Positions 50,136 to 61,756 of a stretch of DNA of 61,756 nt are shown here, in pieces. Under the pieces are notes generated by a model that was not told the origin of the DNA, made no database searches, and saw only the letters and a program-made list of their open reading frames with translations. The position numbers and the translations under genes were made by a program. The DNA is from Girardia tigrina (Eukaryota). The first letter of the stretch is position 1. Each line of letters opens with the position of its first letter. The stretch lies in assembly GCA_001938485.1 (NCBI GenBank), contig MQRK01232830.1, forward strand, positions 1-61,756. Reading direction: 5' to 3'.

Positions 50136-50679
50136 TATTAAGAACACCAATATTGGTTTTCAAACTTTTATTTTCATCACAATTTGAATTGTCATTTGGA
50201 CAACTCTCATCCAAGCTTTCGGAATTTTACATCTCGCTAAATTGATAAATTTTTGTTAATTTCTCGTTAATAAACAATTATTAGAACAAATTTTCATTTT
50301 AAATGATTTTCAGATTTTATTTTTAAAGTTCTAATTTTATAATTATGGTAATAATTTTATCTAAATATTAATTTAATTTTAAAAATGATTTTATTTAGAG
50401 AAAAAACATTAATTTAATCAATTTAAAAATTGGTTAAAAGTTATTTACTTTATTTAAATTTTTTAATATTAAAATTTGAAACGATTTAATATTTTTAAAA
50501 TTTTTAAATAACTTATGCTGTACTTTAAAATGCAAATTTTACTCGAATAATTATTTATCGTGAACATCCAAATATCAATTTTCCATCTGGGTGGGAGAAA
50601 CACATTTCCAAATACTAAACTCAACATACAAAATTCAACAAACCAATTTCAACATATCAAATTTAAAATATTCCTCACA
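50136..50679 (-). mobile_element. solo LTR
   Basis: Minus strand TGTGAGGAATA...GGTGTTCTTAATA; TSD GTGAA/GTGAT; family core motif present. Confidence 0.9.
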
Positions 50680-51304
50680 GTGATAAAACAATGTAAAAAA
50701 TTAATTTAATTTATAATTGTACATTTTACAAATAACATTTTAAATATTTTAAATCATTTGTATATTTTGCAATCAATCTTCTCAATTTTTCAAAAAAAAT
50801 ATGAAAAAAAACAAAAAAAATTAAAATTTATAATCAAATATATTATTTGATGAAAGTTGTTTAACTTTAATTACTTCAGTATTTTTATACTATTTTAGAA
50901 GCAATTATTTTATTAATTCACAATTATATTATTATCTTTACATTAAAACCAAAATAATACTTTTAGTAATAATAAGGATAATGTATTTTAAAAATAATTA
51001 TTCCTAGCGAAATCAAAATAATTATTTAGCTCTGAGATGTTTTAATAAAACAAAGTTTTTTATCCCCTAAAAAATGTTTCGATTTTATTGTAATACTCAA
51101 AACAACAACACAATTAAAAAATATATAAATAAAATTTTACAGATTGTGTCTTAATAATTTAATTTTATTATTAATATTTTGACTTTTATTATTCTTTTTA
51201 CAAGGTTATTCATAAATATATACAATTTGATTAAATTAAATGTACAAATTTTATAAAAAATTAAAAATTCAAATTTGCAATAGTTGCCATAAGGAGTCTC
51301 AATG

Positions 51305-51470
51305 CACAAGGAGTTCTCATTATGGATAATGTATCCAGTCACAACTCAGCCATCGTCCAAGGGTTTACCTTGAGAAATGGATTTAGAATTGACTATTTGC
51401 AACCCTTTTGTCTTCAACTTAATCTAATAGAGGAATTCTTCAGCAGTGTAAAATTGAGGTTTAAAGTGGA
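51305..51470 (+). mobile_element. IS630/Tc1-type transposase fragment
   Basis: GVLIMDNVSSHN...YLQPFCLQLNLIEEFFSSVK, compare MDNASIH...YLPPYSPQLNPIEEFFS. Confidence 0.75.
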
Positions 51471-51504
51471 AAGAGATAGTGTTCGGTTTCGTTAAATTTA
51501 GAAA

Positions 51505-51660
51505 TAAAAGTTAAAGGAAAATTTAAAGTTATTTCAAATTAAAGTTAAAAGAAAATTTAAAGTTAATTTTAAATTAAAGTTAAAAGAAAATTTAAAGTTA
51601 TTTCAAATTAAAGTTAAAAGAAAATTTAAAGTTAATTTTAAATTAAAGTTAAAAGAAAAA
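51505..51660 (+). repeat. 34-35 bp tandem repeat, about 4.5 copies
   Basis: AAAGTTAAAAGAAAATTTAAAGTTA(A)TTT(C/T)AAATT in alternating variants. Confidence 0.9.
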
Positions 51661-54538
51661 AATAACCTCAAAATTTTACTTTAATTAACGAGAGAAAAAA
51701 AATTGTATATATATTTATATGATCGTATATATATATATANNNNNNNNNNNNNNNNNNNNNNNNNNNNNNNNNNNNNNNNNNNNNNNNNNNNNNNNNNNNN
51801 NNNNNNNNNNNNNNNNNNNNNNNNNNNNNNNNNNNNNNNNNNNNNNNNNNNNNNNNNNNNNNNNNNNNNNNNNNNNNNNNNNNNNNNNNNNNNNNNNNNN
51901 NNNNNNNNNNNNNNNNNNNNNNNNNNNNNNNNNNNNNNNNNNNNNNNNNNNNNNNNNNNNNNNNNNNNNNNNNNNNNNNNNNNNNNNNNNNNNNNNNNNN
52001 NNNNNNNNNNNNNNNNNNNNNNNNNNNNNNNNNNNNNNNNNNNNNNNNNNNNNNNNNNNNNNNNNNNNNNNNNNNNNNNNNNNNNNNNNNNNNNNNNNNN
52101 NNNNNNNNNNNNNNNNNNNNNNNNNNNNNNNNNNNNNNNNNNNNNNNNNNNNNNNNNNNNNNNNNNNNNNNNNNNNNNNNNNNNNNNNNNNNNNNNNNNN
52201 NNNNNNNNNNNNNNNNNNNNNNNNNNNNNNNNNNNNNNNNNNNNNNNNNNNNNNNNNNNNNNNNNNNNNNNNNNNNNNNNNNNNNNNNNNNNNNNNNNNN
52301 NNNNNNNNNNNNNNNNNNNNNNNNNNNNNNNNNNNNNNNNNNNNNNNNNNNNNNNNNNNNNNNNNNNNNNNNNNNNNNNNNNNNNNNNNNNNNNNNNNNN
52401 NNNNNNNNNNNNNNNNNNNNNNNNNNNNNNNNNNNNNNNNNNNNNNNNNNNNNNNNNNNNNNNNNNNNNNNNNNNNNNNNNNNNNNNNNNNNNNNNNNNN
52501 NNNNNNNNNNNNNNNNNNNNNNNNNNNNNNNNNNNNNNNNNNNNNNNNNNNNNNNNNNNNNNNNNNNNNNNNNAAAATAATAAAATTGAATACTTCGCTA
52601 ACCAAGATAAGATTAATACAAATAGTAAAAATAGAAATGATGATTATAATAAAATAAATAACCACATTCACAAAACCGAACCCACTCCCCTCCCCTCGAT
52701 ACCCCGCGGGGGGACGGGATGTGTCAAATGCTTCCACTGCGCTGCTACCCCAACAGATAGAATGGCAAATATTGTTGATTTGAAAGCAGAACTTACTTGG
52801 GTTTCAGAAAATTGTCGAAATAATTTGCATTTAAGGTGTTTTTATCGAAACATCAGACGGTTTTTAGAGATGGCATATAATAGATTATGATTTTAATTAA
52901 AAACACATTTTTAACTATTTTTACGTTATTTTTCATTTATTCTAATAATATTATTCCTTCATATTAAATATAAATTGTATATATTATTGAATCAAATTAT
53001 ATATGTTTATGAATAACCACGTGTTTAGGTTCATGCGTATCTTTTGATGGAAATTCAGATAAAGACATTTTTAAAACTTATTTAATACAACGAGATAACA
53101 TAATATTTAAACAAGTTTTGTTTAATTAAATTTCTGAAGAACACTTTTTTATTTTTCTTGCACAAACCAATAATATCAAAATAAACTGTAAATATAAATA
53201 TGTTTTAATTAAATCTAAATTTCATTACTTTTAAAATCTTTAATTTAATTTAACTTAATATTTAATTTTTTATTTTAAATATTGTAATAATTTGTAAAAA
53301 AGTTATTTCATTAAATTTTAATTTGAAAATTTTCCCAAAATTCTTACATCCTGTAACATCAAAACTTTTGTAATATTATTTTATTGATGTTAAAATTTCT
53401 ATTATTATTATTATCTATTTATAATATACTTATAAAAATAAAACAAATTACTTTAAAAATAAAACGTATATTTCTAAAAAATAAAAAGTAAATCAATTTA
53501 GAAAATATTATATCATTATTATTAAATAAACCTCACGAAGACTAACTCGGCCATTTTGTGAAATATAAAAACTCAATTTCAAAATATTATAATAATTATC
53601 ATAATTATCACTATTAATTATTAATTTTTTAAAGCTATATAGATATTAAAAAGGCTAGAAAATAATATGATTTATTTTCGAACTTTCCTTATGTTTATAA
53701 ATAAAAATATCAAGTAATTTATAATGATAGTTGTTAGATATTTTGGAACATCTTCCACGATATCAGTATTAGAAGCCGACATAACTTTTTCAAATTTTAT
53801 TCTCTACAAAGAAAATGACTAATACATTTTATTTAAAATAGAAATAGATATAAAACGGCATTTAATCGTACATATATTATAAAAATATTATAATATAAGA
53901 CAAATATTGGAATAAAAAACAAAATAACAGGTAAAAAATAAAATGTATTTGAAAATATTACAATACTACATCTCGTAATTAATTAATGTTTTATTTCTAA
54001 ATAAATGTCTTTTTTAGCATATTTTCACTGTTTATTGAATAAAATCTAAAACTAATTTTATTAGATTTTTAATTCTTATTTAGTGTTCTATCGCCACTAC
54101 CTGAACCATGTGTATTACGTATGATGTATTATATTATCCTAATTGTCATAATTATTTATTATTGCTATTATATATTATAATTATTATGTTAATTATTATT
54201 ATATATTATTATATTACCACTATCATTATTATTACCAACTTTAGTTTTAATTATAATTGAATTTTATATTATTTGTAGCAATATCAATTCGTCGATACTA
54301 CTATAGGTAATCAGAATTAAATTTAAAATTGAATGAATAAAATTATGAGAACTCACATTCGACAATTTTGGTTAAATAAAGAAAAAAATGAGAAATCACA
54401 TGTCAAGTTTATTCATTTTTTTTCATCGACAAATCATTTGATTTTTCGTCAAGAAAACGTAAAAAAACCAATTCCCGAGTTCGCATACTTTTTGTTGGAG
54501 AATTATTTTGTTCATCAATAACGTGACATGGCACATTA

Positions 54539-54904
54539 CATGGTGTGTCATAAGTCCCTACGAGTTCAATGTGACTAAAATATGGGAATCTATGTTATTA
54601 TTTTAATTTGAATAATTAATTATGTACTTGTAAATTAATAGATTAATAATAAATTGTAATTTAGTTATTTAGTGTAAACCCTAAACCTTGGTTTATATGG
54701 ATAATTTCGTCTTGATTTCATCAAATCATTAATTCAAATTTGCTCTTGCAGAATGACTGATAGCAGTCCTTACTATTTGGAATATCGTTTAATGGCTGCA
54801 TTTTGATACCACAAATATGTATTGTGACTAACGGAAGAATATGAAGAGAAAATTAAGGAAGTTGCCTAAGTTGTTCTACCCGTAAGGACTTATGACACAC
54901 CCTG
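54539..54904. mobile_element. Tc1/mariner MITE
   Basis: TIR CA(G/T)GGTGTGTCATAAGTCC(C/T)TACG with TA flanks. Confidence 0.92.
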
Positions 54905-55029
54905 TACTAACTGTTATTCATAACCTCAATTTTTAACCGACTGTATTTTCCAACTTCAGATCCATACACTCAATATATCCAATCCAAAAAGCAGAGAAAA
55001 CACAGATACAATTATCTATCAATCTATCT

Positions 55030-55769
55030 CAGATTTTTCTATCATTCAAATCAATTTCTTTCTGTGTAGTTCAGAAATTTAACCAATGTATTTGTAAGTT
55101 TCTTAACAACATTATTTGTTTATGCCTTTCATCAATTTTTATATGAGGACTCCTATTGATCTTTTCGATCCTAAAGTTGCACCGAGAACGGGACGGTGGT
55201 AGTAGAGGGGCGCAGTGATGAGAATTCGGAAATAAAGTGCTGGACCTGTATTGCTCCATTACGATTATTTCGGTCTTTTTTCATCTCAAATATGAACCAT
55301 GATTGTCCATTGAAAGATTTAGAATTGTCTTGTTAATTCTCGAGTTTTTTATCATAAAGACAAAATTCGAATAATTTTTATCTGTGGCTTTTATTGGAGG
55401 TTTCTTGTTTGAATGGGATACACTTCTAATTTCAATTTACGAAAATCCGATTTTGGGTGTCAATTTGTAGTTACAGTCCAGATATTTGCTCTGACAAGCA
55501 AACAAGGTGAGCAATATACATGTTTTTGTAGGACAGAAAATGTCTTCGTTAAGAATATCTTATCGAACCTGCAGATAGAACAGACATTGTGTTGTCTCCT
55601 GGATTAGCTTTTCTCCAACGTCATCAGGATAGTATTTGACACAAAATTGGAATTTGAGAGGAAACGTTTTGGCGATATCTTGAGACTTGATCATCTGGTT
55701 TAATTAAGGCAACGAGACGGTACCTTTTGTGTCAACATGATGAAGTCCGAAACATCATATTTCACGTCA
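55030..55769 (-). pseudogene. ezrin/radixin/moesin (ERM)-family pseudogene with large internal deletions
   Basis: REI*CFGLHHVDTKG...[40 protein letters not shown]...QSKY, joined to LTPKIGFS*IEIRSVS...RINKTILNLSMDNH; a weak C-terminal relic TTQKEID. Confidence 0.9.
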
Positions 55770-55777
55770 TGTCATTT

Positions 55778-56340
55778 TTAGACCTCCCACGGGTCATCAA
55801 GGGGAGTGAAGGAGTGGATTCGATAGCGTTGTTGTCTAATTTATTATTATTATTGTTTTTATCTCTATTATTGTTTAATACATCATTATTTTTATTTTTA
55901 TCAATATTTTTATTTTTATTATTTTTCTTTTTATTAATATTTTTATTATTATTTTTTTATTATTTATATTAACACAAGTACATACGTTTATTAATCGTCC
56001 GAAAGCGCCGACAGACTTGGAAATAACTGAATACTTGGTCTTTCTTTCGCAATTATTGGAATCACTTGAGGAGCCACCGATGAAATAATCTGGTTGAAAC
56101 AATTTCCCAAGATTCGAATTCAGAGTTTGATCGGGAGTGGTACTATTCAATTCAACCATGACGCTGATCGGCACACACTCTCCATGAACTCCCGAAGTAA
56201 TGTAAACGTCAATTCTCTGTAATTACAAATCACTGTCGCTTTCGTGAACGCCAGTGGTCAGTTTGACACCGTGTTTGTTGGTGATTATTTTCCAAAACTT
56301 CGTTTCTAGAACTTTGAAATATTCGCATTAATGCATACCA
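55778..56340 (-). pseudogene. divergent beta-tubulin pseudogene fragments
   Basis: KFWKIITNKHGV...DSDL*LQRIDVY...CVPISVMVELNSTTPD...LGKLFQPDYFIGGSSSDSNN, compare KFWEVISDEHGI, DSDLQLERINVY and FRPDNFVFGQSGAGNN; later pieces CRRF-GRL and RIHSF-PLMTRG. Confidence 0.8.
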
Positions 56341-56589
56341 TTTATCATGAATGTCTTCACAAAATTTTATATACAATCTTCGATCGAGAATTATTACATG
56401 ATTATCTCCAAATGTCTTTACAAAATAGTCCACATTAAAAATATAGTCGAATGGCATGAATAATTTTCTTTTGATAATAATTAAAATCAATCTCTCTATT
56501 ATCAAGATTTTTATTATTATAATGTATCACAATTAACTAATTACCGTCAAGTATTCAAACAAACTCATTTTTTCGAACAATGTCAATTT

Positions 56590-56593
<4 letters not shown>

Positions 56594-56632
<39 letters not shown>
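56594..56632. repeat. (AT)n microsatellite; others at about 32370-32470, 47134-47238 and 61714-61748
   Basis: Direct reading; two of them span N gaps. Confidence 0.95.
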
Positions 56633-56634
<2 letters not shown>

Positions 56635-59600
56635 CCATATCATATAAATATATATATATATATAATTTTAACATTAAATTAAATTTACCTTTTTTTTAAT
56701 TTATAAAAAAATATTTAAGAAATTATTTTTAACAAATCAATTTAAAAACGAAACCGAACAATATTTAATGTTCGAATAACCTGATCAAACAATTGTTTGT
56801 CGGCCGTATTCGATGTGAAGAGAAATTTAAGTTTTGAATCGACAGTCGATAATTTAATTGCAATTTGTTTAGACATTTTGAATAATTGAAAAATCATTGA
56901 ATCCAAGATGTGATCAAAATTTCTTTTTTATCGGAAAACATCGTCATATTCAACAAAAAAATCGGAGAGAATCGACACAAAATTGTTCTCAACAAATCAA
57001 ACTAATGGTATTACAATATAATCGAATTCAATCGATATCACTCTTTCAAAATCGTCCAATCAGGTTGCAAAAAAAATCCTGACTCGATGAGTCACTTTAG
57101 ACAATCAAGCAAACCGAAAATCAATTATACAAACTGCGTTTAAACTTGAAATGAAATAATTTTTTAACCTTTTTTATTATATCTTTTATTTAATAATTTG
57201 ATTATATTTAACAACAAACAAACGAATAAATTGTAACAAATTGTTATTCTGACGGGTTAATGTCTTCGATTGATTCGAGATAGCGACAAGGAGAGGTATG
57301 GAATTCAATATACATAATGATAGAGATAATATATAATATATAACAATAATATTCGAATCCCAAACACTTATCTAAACGATTTTCGTTTGTTAATCTCTCT
57401 GTATTCTATCACTTATTTTGTTTAACAATTAAAATAACATATTTTTAAATTCAAATTTATTTTTATTCATACTAAACCTTTAAAGTTATTTGTGTGAGGA
57501 AATACAGAGAACATTAATAAAATTCAATTAACTTTCTTATTACACTTAATATTTTCTTTACTATTTATTTCTTTCTTAGAGAATAAATTCTTATAATTTT
57601 ACACTCATTTTTTCTCTTTTTGATTTTTTTATCTGTAGCATCCGGAGGTACTTTAATCCGATTTAAGACATCCATTTCTGATTAAAGCAAATAAACATTA
57701 ATTTGTATATTAAAAAAACAATCAACGGAATTTTTAACCAATAATTTAAAATATTCCTTCTTTTTGTAAGAAGATAATAAAATAAAAAAAATGAACTGAA
57801 CGAGAAGAATTTTTCCAGTAGGTTAAGTAACAACTTATACAATCTTTTTTTATCCTTTTTTTAAAAAGAGAATGACATAAGTGTAAATATTATTTTAAAA
57901 AACACAACGGATGCTAAGCAACATAGAAAGTCTTTTCTCTCTAAGACTTTATTCTTAATTAAACACTCAAATGAATTAATATAAAATAAATTTAAGTTTT
58001 AAAGAAATACGTTTCATTCAACGTACACGATTATCCTTTTAAAAACACATTAACAATTGACAATAATTAAGAACAATTAATTAGAGTCTGGATTGCTTTG
58101 CTAAAACAAATTTATCAACTTGATTGACGAAAACATTTGCGAATACAAAAGTTCAAATATAAATCCTCTATAGCCACAATAAAGGATTATCTTCATAACT
58201 TTTATTTACATTTTTAAGTTGCCTCATTATATATTAAATTATTTATTTATATTAAATTTAAGAATATGAAAGAACAATGAAACGACTTTTATGAATGTAA
58301 AAATAATTATCCATTATATTTATTGAAAGACTCAATATTCTTTATAATGGGCACGATACCCGCAACAGTGTTTCCAGACCCAGTGTTCGAATGTTCCTAG
58401 TTTGCAGCTCTAATCGAAGATCGTGATCGAATACTTTTGGTCTCGAATCATTTTTTGAGTTGTAACAATTGTATATTATTTTTGGGAGAACGAGATTGAT
58501 TCAGTGATCTCTTTATCGGAAACACGAACGTGGACCGCCAAATTCAAATTTCTTTCATTTCATTATCATTATTCTTCTTCCATGATTTATTTTAATAAGA
58601 GAAATTCAGAAGTTTTTTAATATTTTATTTTTATTGTCGCTTTTAGATTAAAAGTATTTTAAAAAATATCCCTCATAATTTATTGAAAATAAAACAAAAT
58701 ACGTAATAGTTATTGTTGCAGAAGCCATGACGAAGTTCATGATGAGAATCATTAGAAACATTTTTTTAATTATGCAAGACAAATCTTTCAATTCATTCAA
58801 AACATTATCTTGAATTTTATTTAGATTATTAAGAGAATCCAGAGAAATATCTTGTTGTTCATTGACATCAATGGAATTCTTTAATTCTCTTTGCCTGGTA
58901 CATTTTTAATATTTTAAGGCAGATTATTGAAAATTATTCAATCGATTAAGAAGACTTTTTTGAGGAAAATTTTAATTTGATTTAAATTCTGTTCAATACA
59001 TTTTCTTACACATTTTTAACACTTTAACTGCAAATTTTCAAATTTTTAATTGACATTGAAACATTTTTTTACACATTCTTTCCAAATTTCTCATTTAATT
59101 GAACATTAAACTTGAAATTGAACTGACAAATTGAAATTGAAAAATTGCATTAAAACCTTGATAAATTGAAAAAAATTGTGAAAAATTCACATTCGACCTT
59201 TTACAACACAAAATTGTAATTGGCAGTTTATTTTTTACAAATTGTTTTCTTAACAAAAAACTAAACACACATACAATCAAACCTCGTTTTCCCGCCACCT
59301 TTGGTGCAGGGAGAAAAATAGGCGGAAAACGAGGGTGGCGGTAAATTAAGGGAATTAGAATGAATGCTCGCATTAAAGCACACACAGCATTGTGCTGTAT
59401 TCAACTACTACACTAAACTACGGTCTCATAGTATTCATTGATTGCGACTTCGTTGATGAGGCTCATTGTAACTTTGTAGATACCAGTGTGGTTACAGTAG
59501 TTTGAGGTTACTGTTGAAGTGACAGAATTCCATGCCATAGAAATGAAGCGTATAGCATTACGCCACGTAATTTCTGGCTGCGACGATCCATTATTCAGTT

Positions 59601-60899
59601 GACTGACTATTTATGTAACTTGTAGCTTACGATACTGCGACTTGAATGAATAGATAATTCTAGAGTCCATCAGTTGTAGACGAATTGTGGTGTATTAGGG
59701 CAGAAAGTGGACCTGGATATTACTCATGTTGGCCGGTGACAGATTCCCTGGAGCTTTGTCCAGAGGAAGTAGTATTTTCCGATTGTCTCTCTTCATTTGT
59801 CTATCCAGAGTCAGCATCCATTGTTGAAAGAGAGCCCCCGTCAACTATGCTTTCTTGATGAAGTAATAGTTAACGTAGAGATTTTGTTTGAAGTTCTGTA
59901 ATAAACGCGGTTTCTTTGAATGACCAAGCACAAGTGGTTTCAGCTTGTAACTTCCAGATGCACTTGCACATAGAGCGACGGTCACTCGCTCTTTCGCTTT
60001 TTCACTCCTTTCTTTTCTTCAGTCTCGTGCACTAATGATCGATGACGTAGCATGCGAAAGAATAATTCTGTCTCGTCCATATTGCAGACATCTTCTTTGG
60101 GGAAATTCTTGCATGCTTCTTGAACTTGAAGAAGTCCGTTCGTCACTGTTCCTTCATCAACGCTAACTGATTCACCGCATAGCTTGGAACAGTGAATGTT
60201 TCGTCTCTGTTTGAAGCAAGCTACTCAGCCATTTGAAAACTTAAAACCATTGGATTCGGTGATCTGTAAAAAAGGACAATTTACATCTGTAATGAGATCT
60301 ACAGCAATCCATCCATGGCCATTACTGTATCAACCTGAGCATTGAAATCAGCTGCTTTCTTCTTCAATTTTTCATCTGTTACCACAATGTTTGTTCTCAT
60401 GTCTACAAACTACTGAAAGAGCAGATCTTCAGTCTTAAGAATCATTTCATCTCTTTCATACTTGCTCTTCAATTCATCGCTAGAAACATTGTTCCATTTG
60501 GTCTTCTCAGAAAGAATATCAAATATTGTCTTCAGAGATTTAAGCACACTCGTTTGCGCTGCACACCAAGTTGTTCCTCGGTCATTGTGATCAGAAAAAA
60601 ATGACTAAAGTATTGTACAGTAATCTGAGATACTGTAAATGTTACCTCGAGAATGTTGTGTGCATGTTTGTGAGCGATGGCATATCTAACATAACGCCTA
60701 CACAAATGATAAAAACATATACAAAGTATCATTCTCATTACCAATTTACAAGCAGGAATTTTTGACAAACAAGCTTTATATTCATTGACAATTCTAGAGG
60801 TTTGTCTGTACTGTACTATTAATAGGCGGGAAAGTGAGGTTTGGGTGACTCATTGTTTTGTGTGAACTGTATCAGATTGCCGAAACCAAGGGTGGCGGG

Positions 60900-61392
60900 T
60901 ATTAAGAACATTAATTGGGTTTTCTTTACATTTATTAATATCACAATTTGAATTGCCACTAGAACAATTGTCCGTAAAACTTGCATAACTCGTCATCCTT
61001 CTTGATTGATAATCTTTAACATTATTCTTTAATGGATTATTATGTCATAATCCATTGATGACATAATCGCTGCTTGCCTATATAAGCAGATTTAATATTC
61101 TTTAACGTCTTATTATTCAAACAAATTTAAATTAAAATTTAATTATTACAAAAATAATTTATACTTTAATTTTGAAATAATTTTTATTTATTTAAAGAAA
61201 ATATTATTAAAATATTATTTATGAAATATTAGTTTAATTTTAAAGTAATTATTTAAATTTTAATAATTGATTAAACAACCCTACGTTTTTAAATATTTAA
61301 AATATCAATCTTCCATCTGGGTAGGAGAAACACAATCATAAAACAACTTACCAAACAACACACAATAAACACCATTCAAAAATATTCTCACA
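60900..61392 (-). mobile_element. solo LTR nested in the Tigger element
   Basis: Minus strand TGTGAGAATA...GTTCTTAATA; TSD GCGGG/GCTGG; core TCTCCTACCCAGATGG. Confidence 0.88.
61031..61100 (+). mobile_element. Penelope pseudo-LTR fragment with an inverted 5' piece, nested in the solo LTR
   Basis: CATTGATGACATAATC.CTGCTTGCCTATATAAGCAGATTTA matches 9708-9749; preceded by an inverted copy AATGGATTATTATGTCA. Confidence 0.75.
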
Positions 61393-61630
61393 GCTGGAAT
61401 TCATACACTTTTACCATTACAAACTAAATGTACAGCGTGATTTACTGGCGGGAATGGATGGTGGTAGGAAAATGAGGGGTGGGAAAAGGAAGTTTGATTA
61501 TTATTATAACGAGTATTATTATAACTTGATAAATAATAATATTCATTTTTTCGTTACCTTTTAGAGTAAATGTATCTATTAAAATTGTATTATTCAAACA
61601 ATTCAATATTCATATACTAAACATCCAAAA

Positions 61631-61674
61631 ATTGCTGATGATGATTTATGTAAACATGTCGAAACATGTCCAAT
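61631..61674 (+). ncRNA. minimal type I hammerhead ribozyme
   Basis: ATTG-CTGATGA-T-bulged stem II-GAAA-CATG-TC-CAAT; palindrome ACATGT, GUC cleavage triplet, 4-bp stem I. Confidence 0.8.
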
Positions 61675-61711
61675 AATTATAAAAAAAGCTTTAATCAAAT
61701 TATATTTTCGA

Positions 61712-61751
<40 letters not shown>

Positions 61752-61756
61752 AAATT

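Larger units (their letters stand above)
59274..61500 (-). mobile_element. Tigger/pogo transposon, decayed, with an LTR inserted near one end
   Basis: TIR CAATCAAACCTCGTTTTCCCGCC with a degenerate mate ending near 61500; FSNG*VACFKQR, CNMDETELF, VHFLP*YTTIRLQLMD. Confidence 0.88.

Noticed and set aside
1-50679. Giant 50-kb retroelement bounded by near-identical LTRs at 1-114 and 50136-50679
   Set aside because: The right LTR has its own near-perfect TSD (solo LTR) and no PBS, and the interval is unrelated debris.
51703-52890. Long ORFs of 312-395 aa
   Set aside because: They consist almost entirely of N gap.
56760-57110. Possible ubiquitin-specific protease relic (NLIKQLFVGRIRC)
   Set aside because: The similarity is too short and full of stops to call without a search.

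Overview
Very AT-rich, gapped draft-assembly sequence from an invertebrate animal nucleus. It looks flatworm-like (introns of about 50-70 bp, and a NUMT in which AGR most plausibly encodes Ser), but the species cannot be identified from sequence alone. No intact host gene was found; the window is mostly nested, decayed transposable elements. It holds one TSD-flanked, internally deleted Ty3/gypsy element (10153-14262), several related solo LTRs and gag/pol relics, hAT, Tigger/pogo, Tc1/mariner, MULE, LINE and Polinton (pPolB) remnants, and Penelope-like ends with up to six minimal hammerhead ribozymes. It also holds a 28S rRNA fragment, a 1.5-kb mitochondrial insertion (cox2, trnA, unassigned ORFs), and abutting beta-tubulin and ERM pseudogene fragments. 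The most unusual items are: (i) a 1.86-kb TSD-flanked LTR-like unit containing an apparent 5-exon antisense gene and a bidirectional TATA; (ii) a hAT MITE carrying a phased 21-bp array of RFX X-boxes; (iii) a gypsy lineage whose gag ATG is built from the last LTR base plus the primer-binding site, with TG...TA ends; (iv) a templated NUMT-Polinton junction. All calls were made by eye, without database searches.
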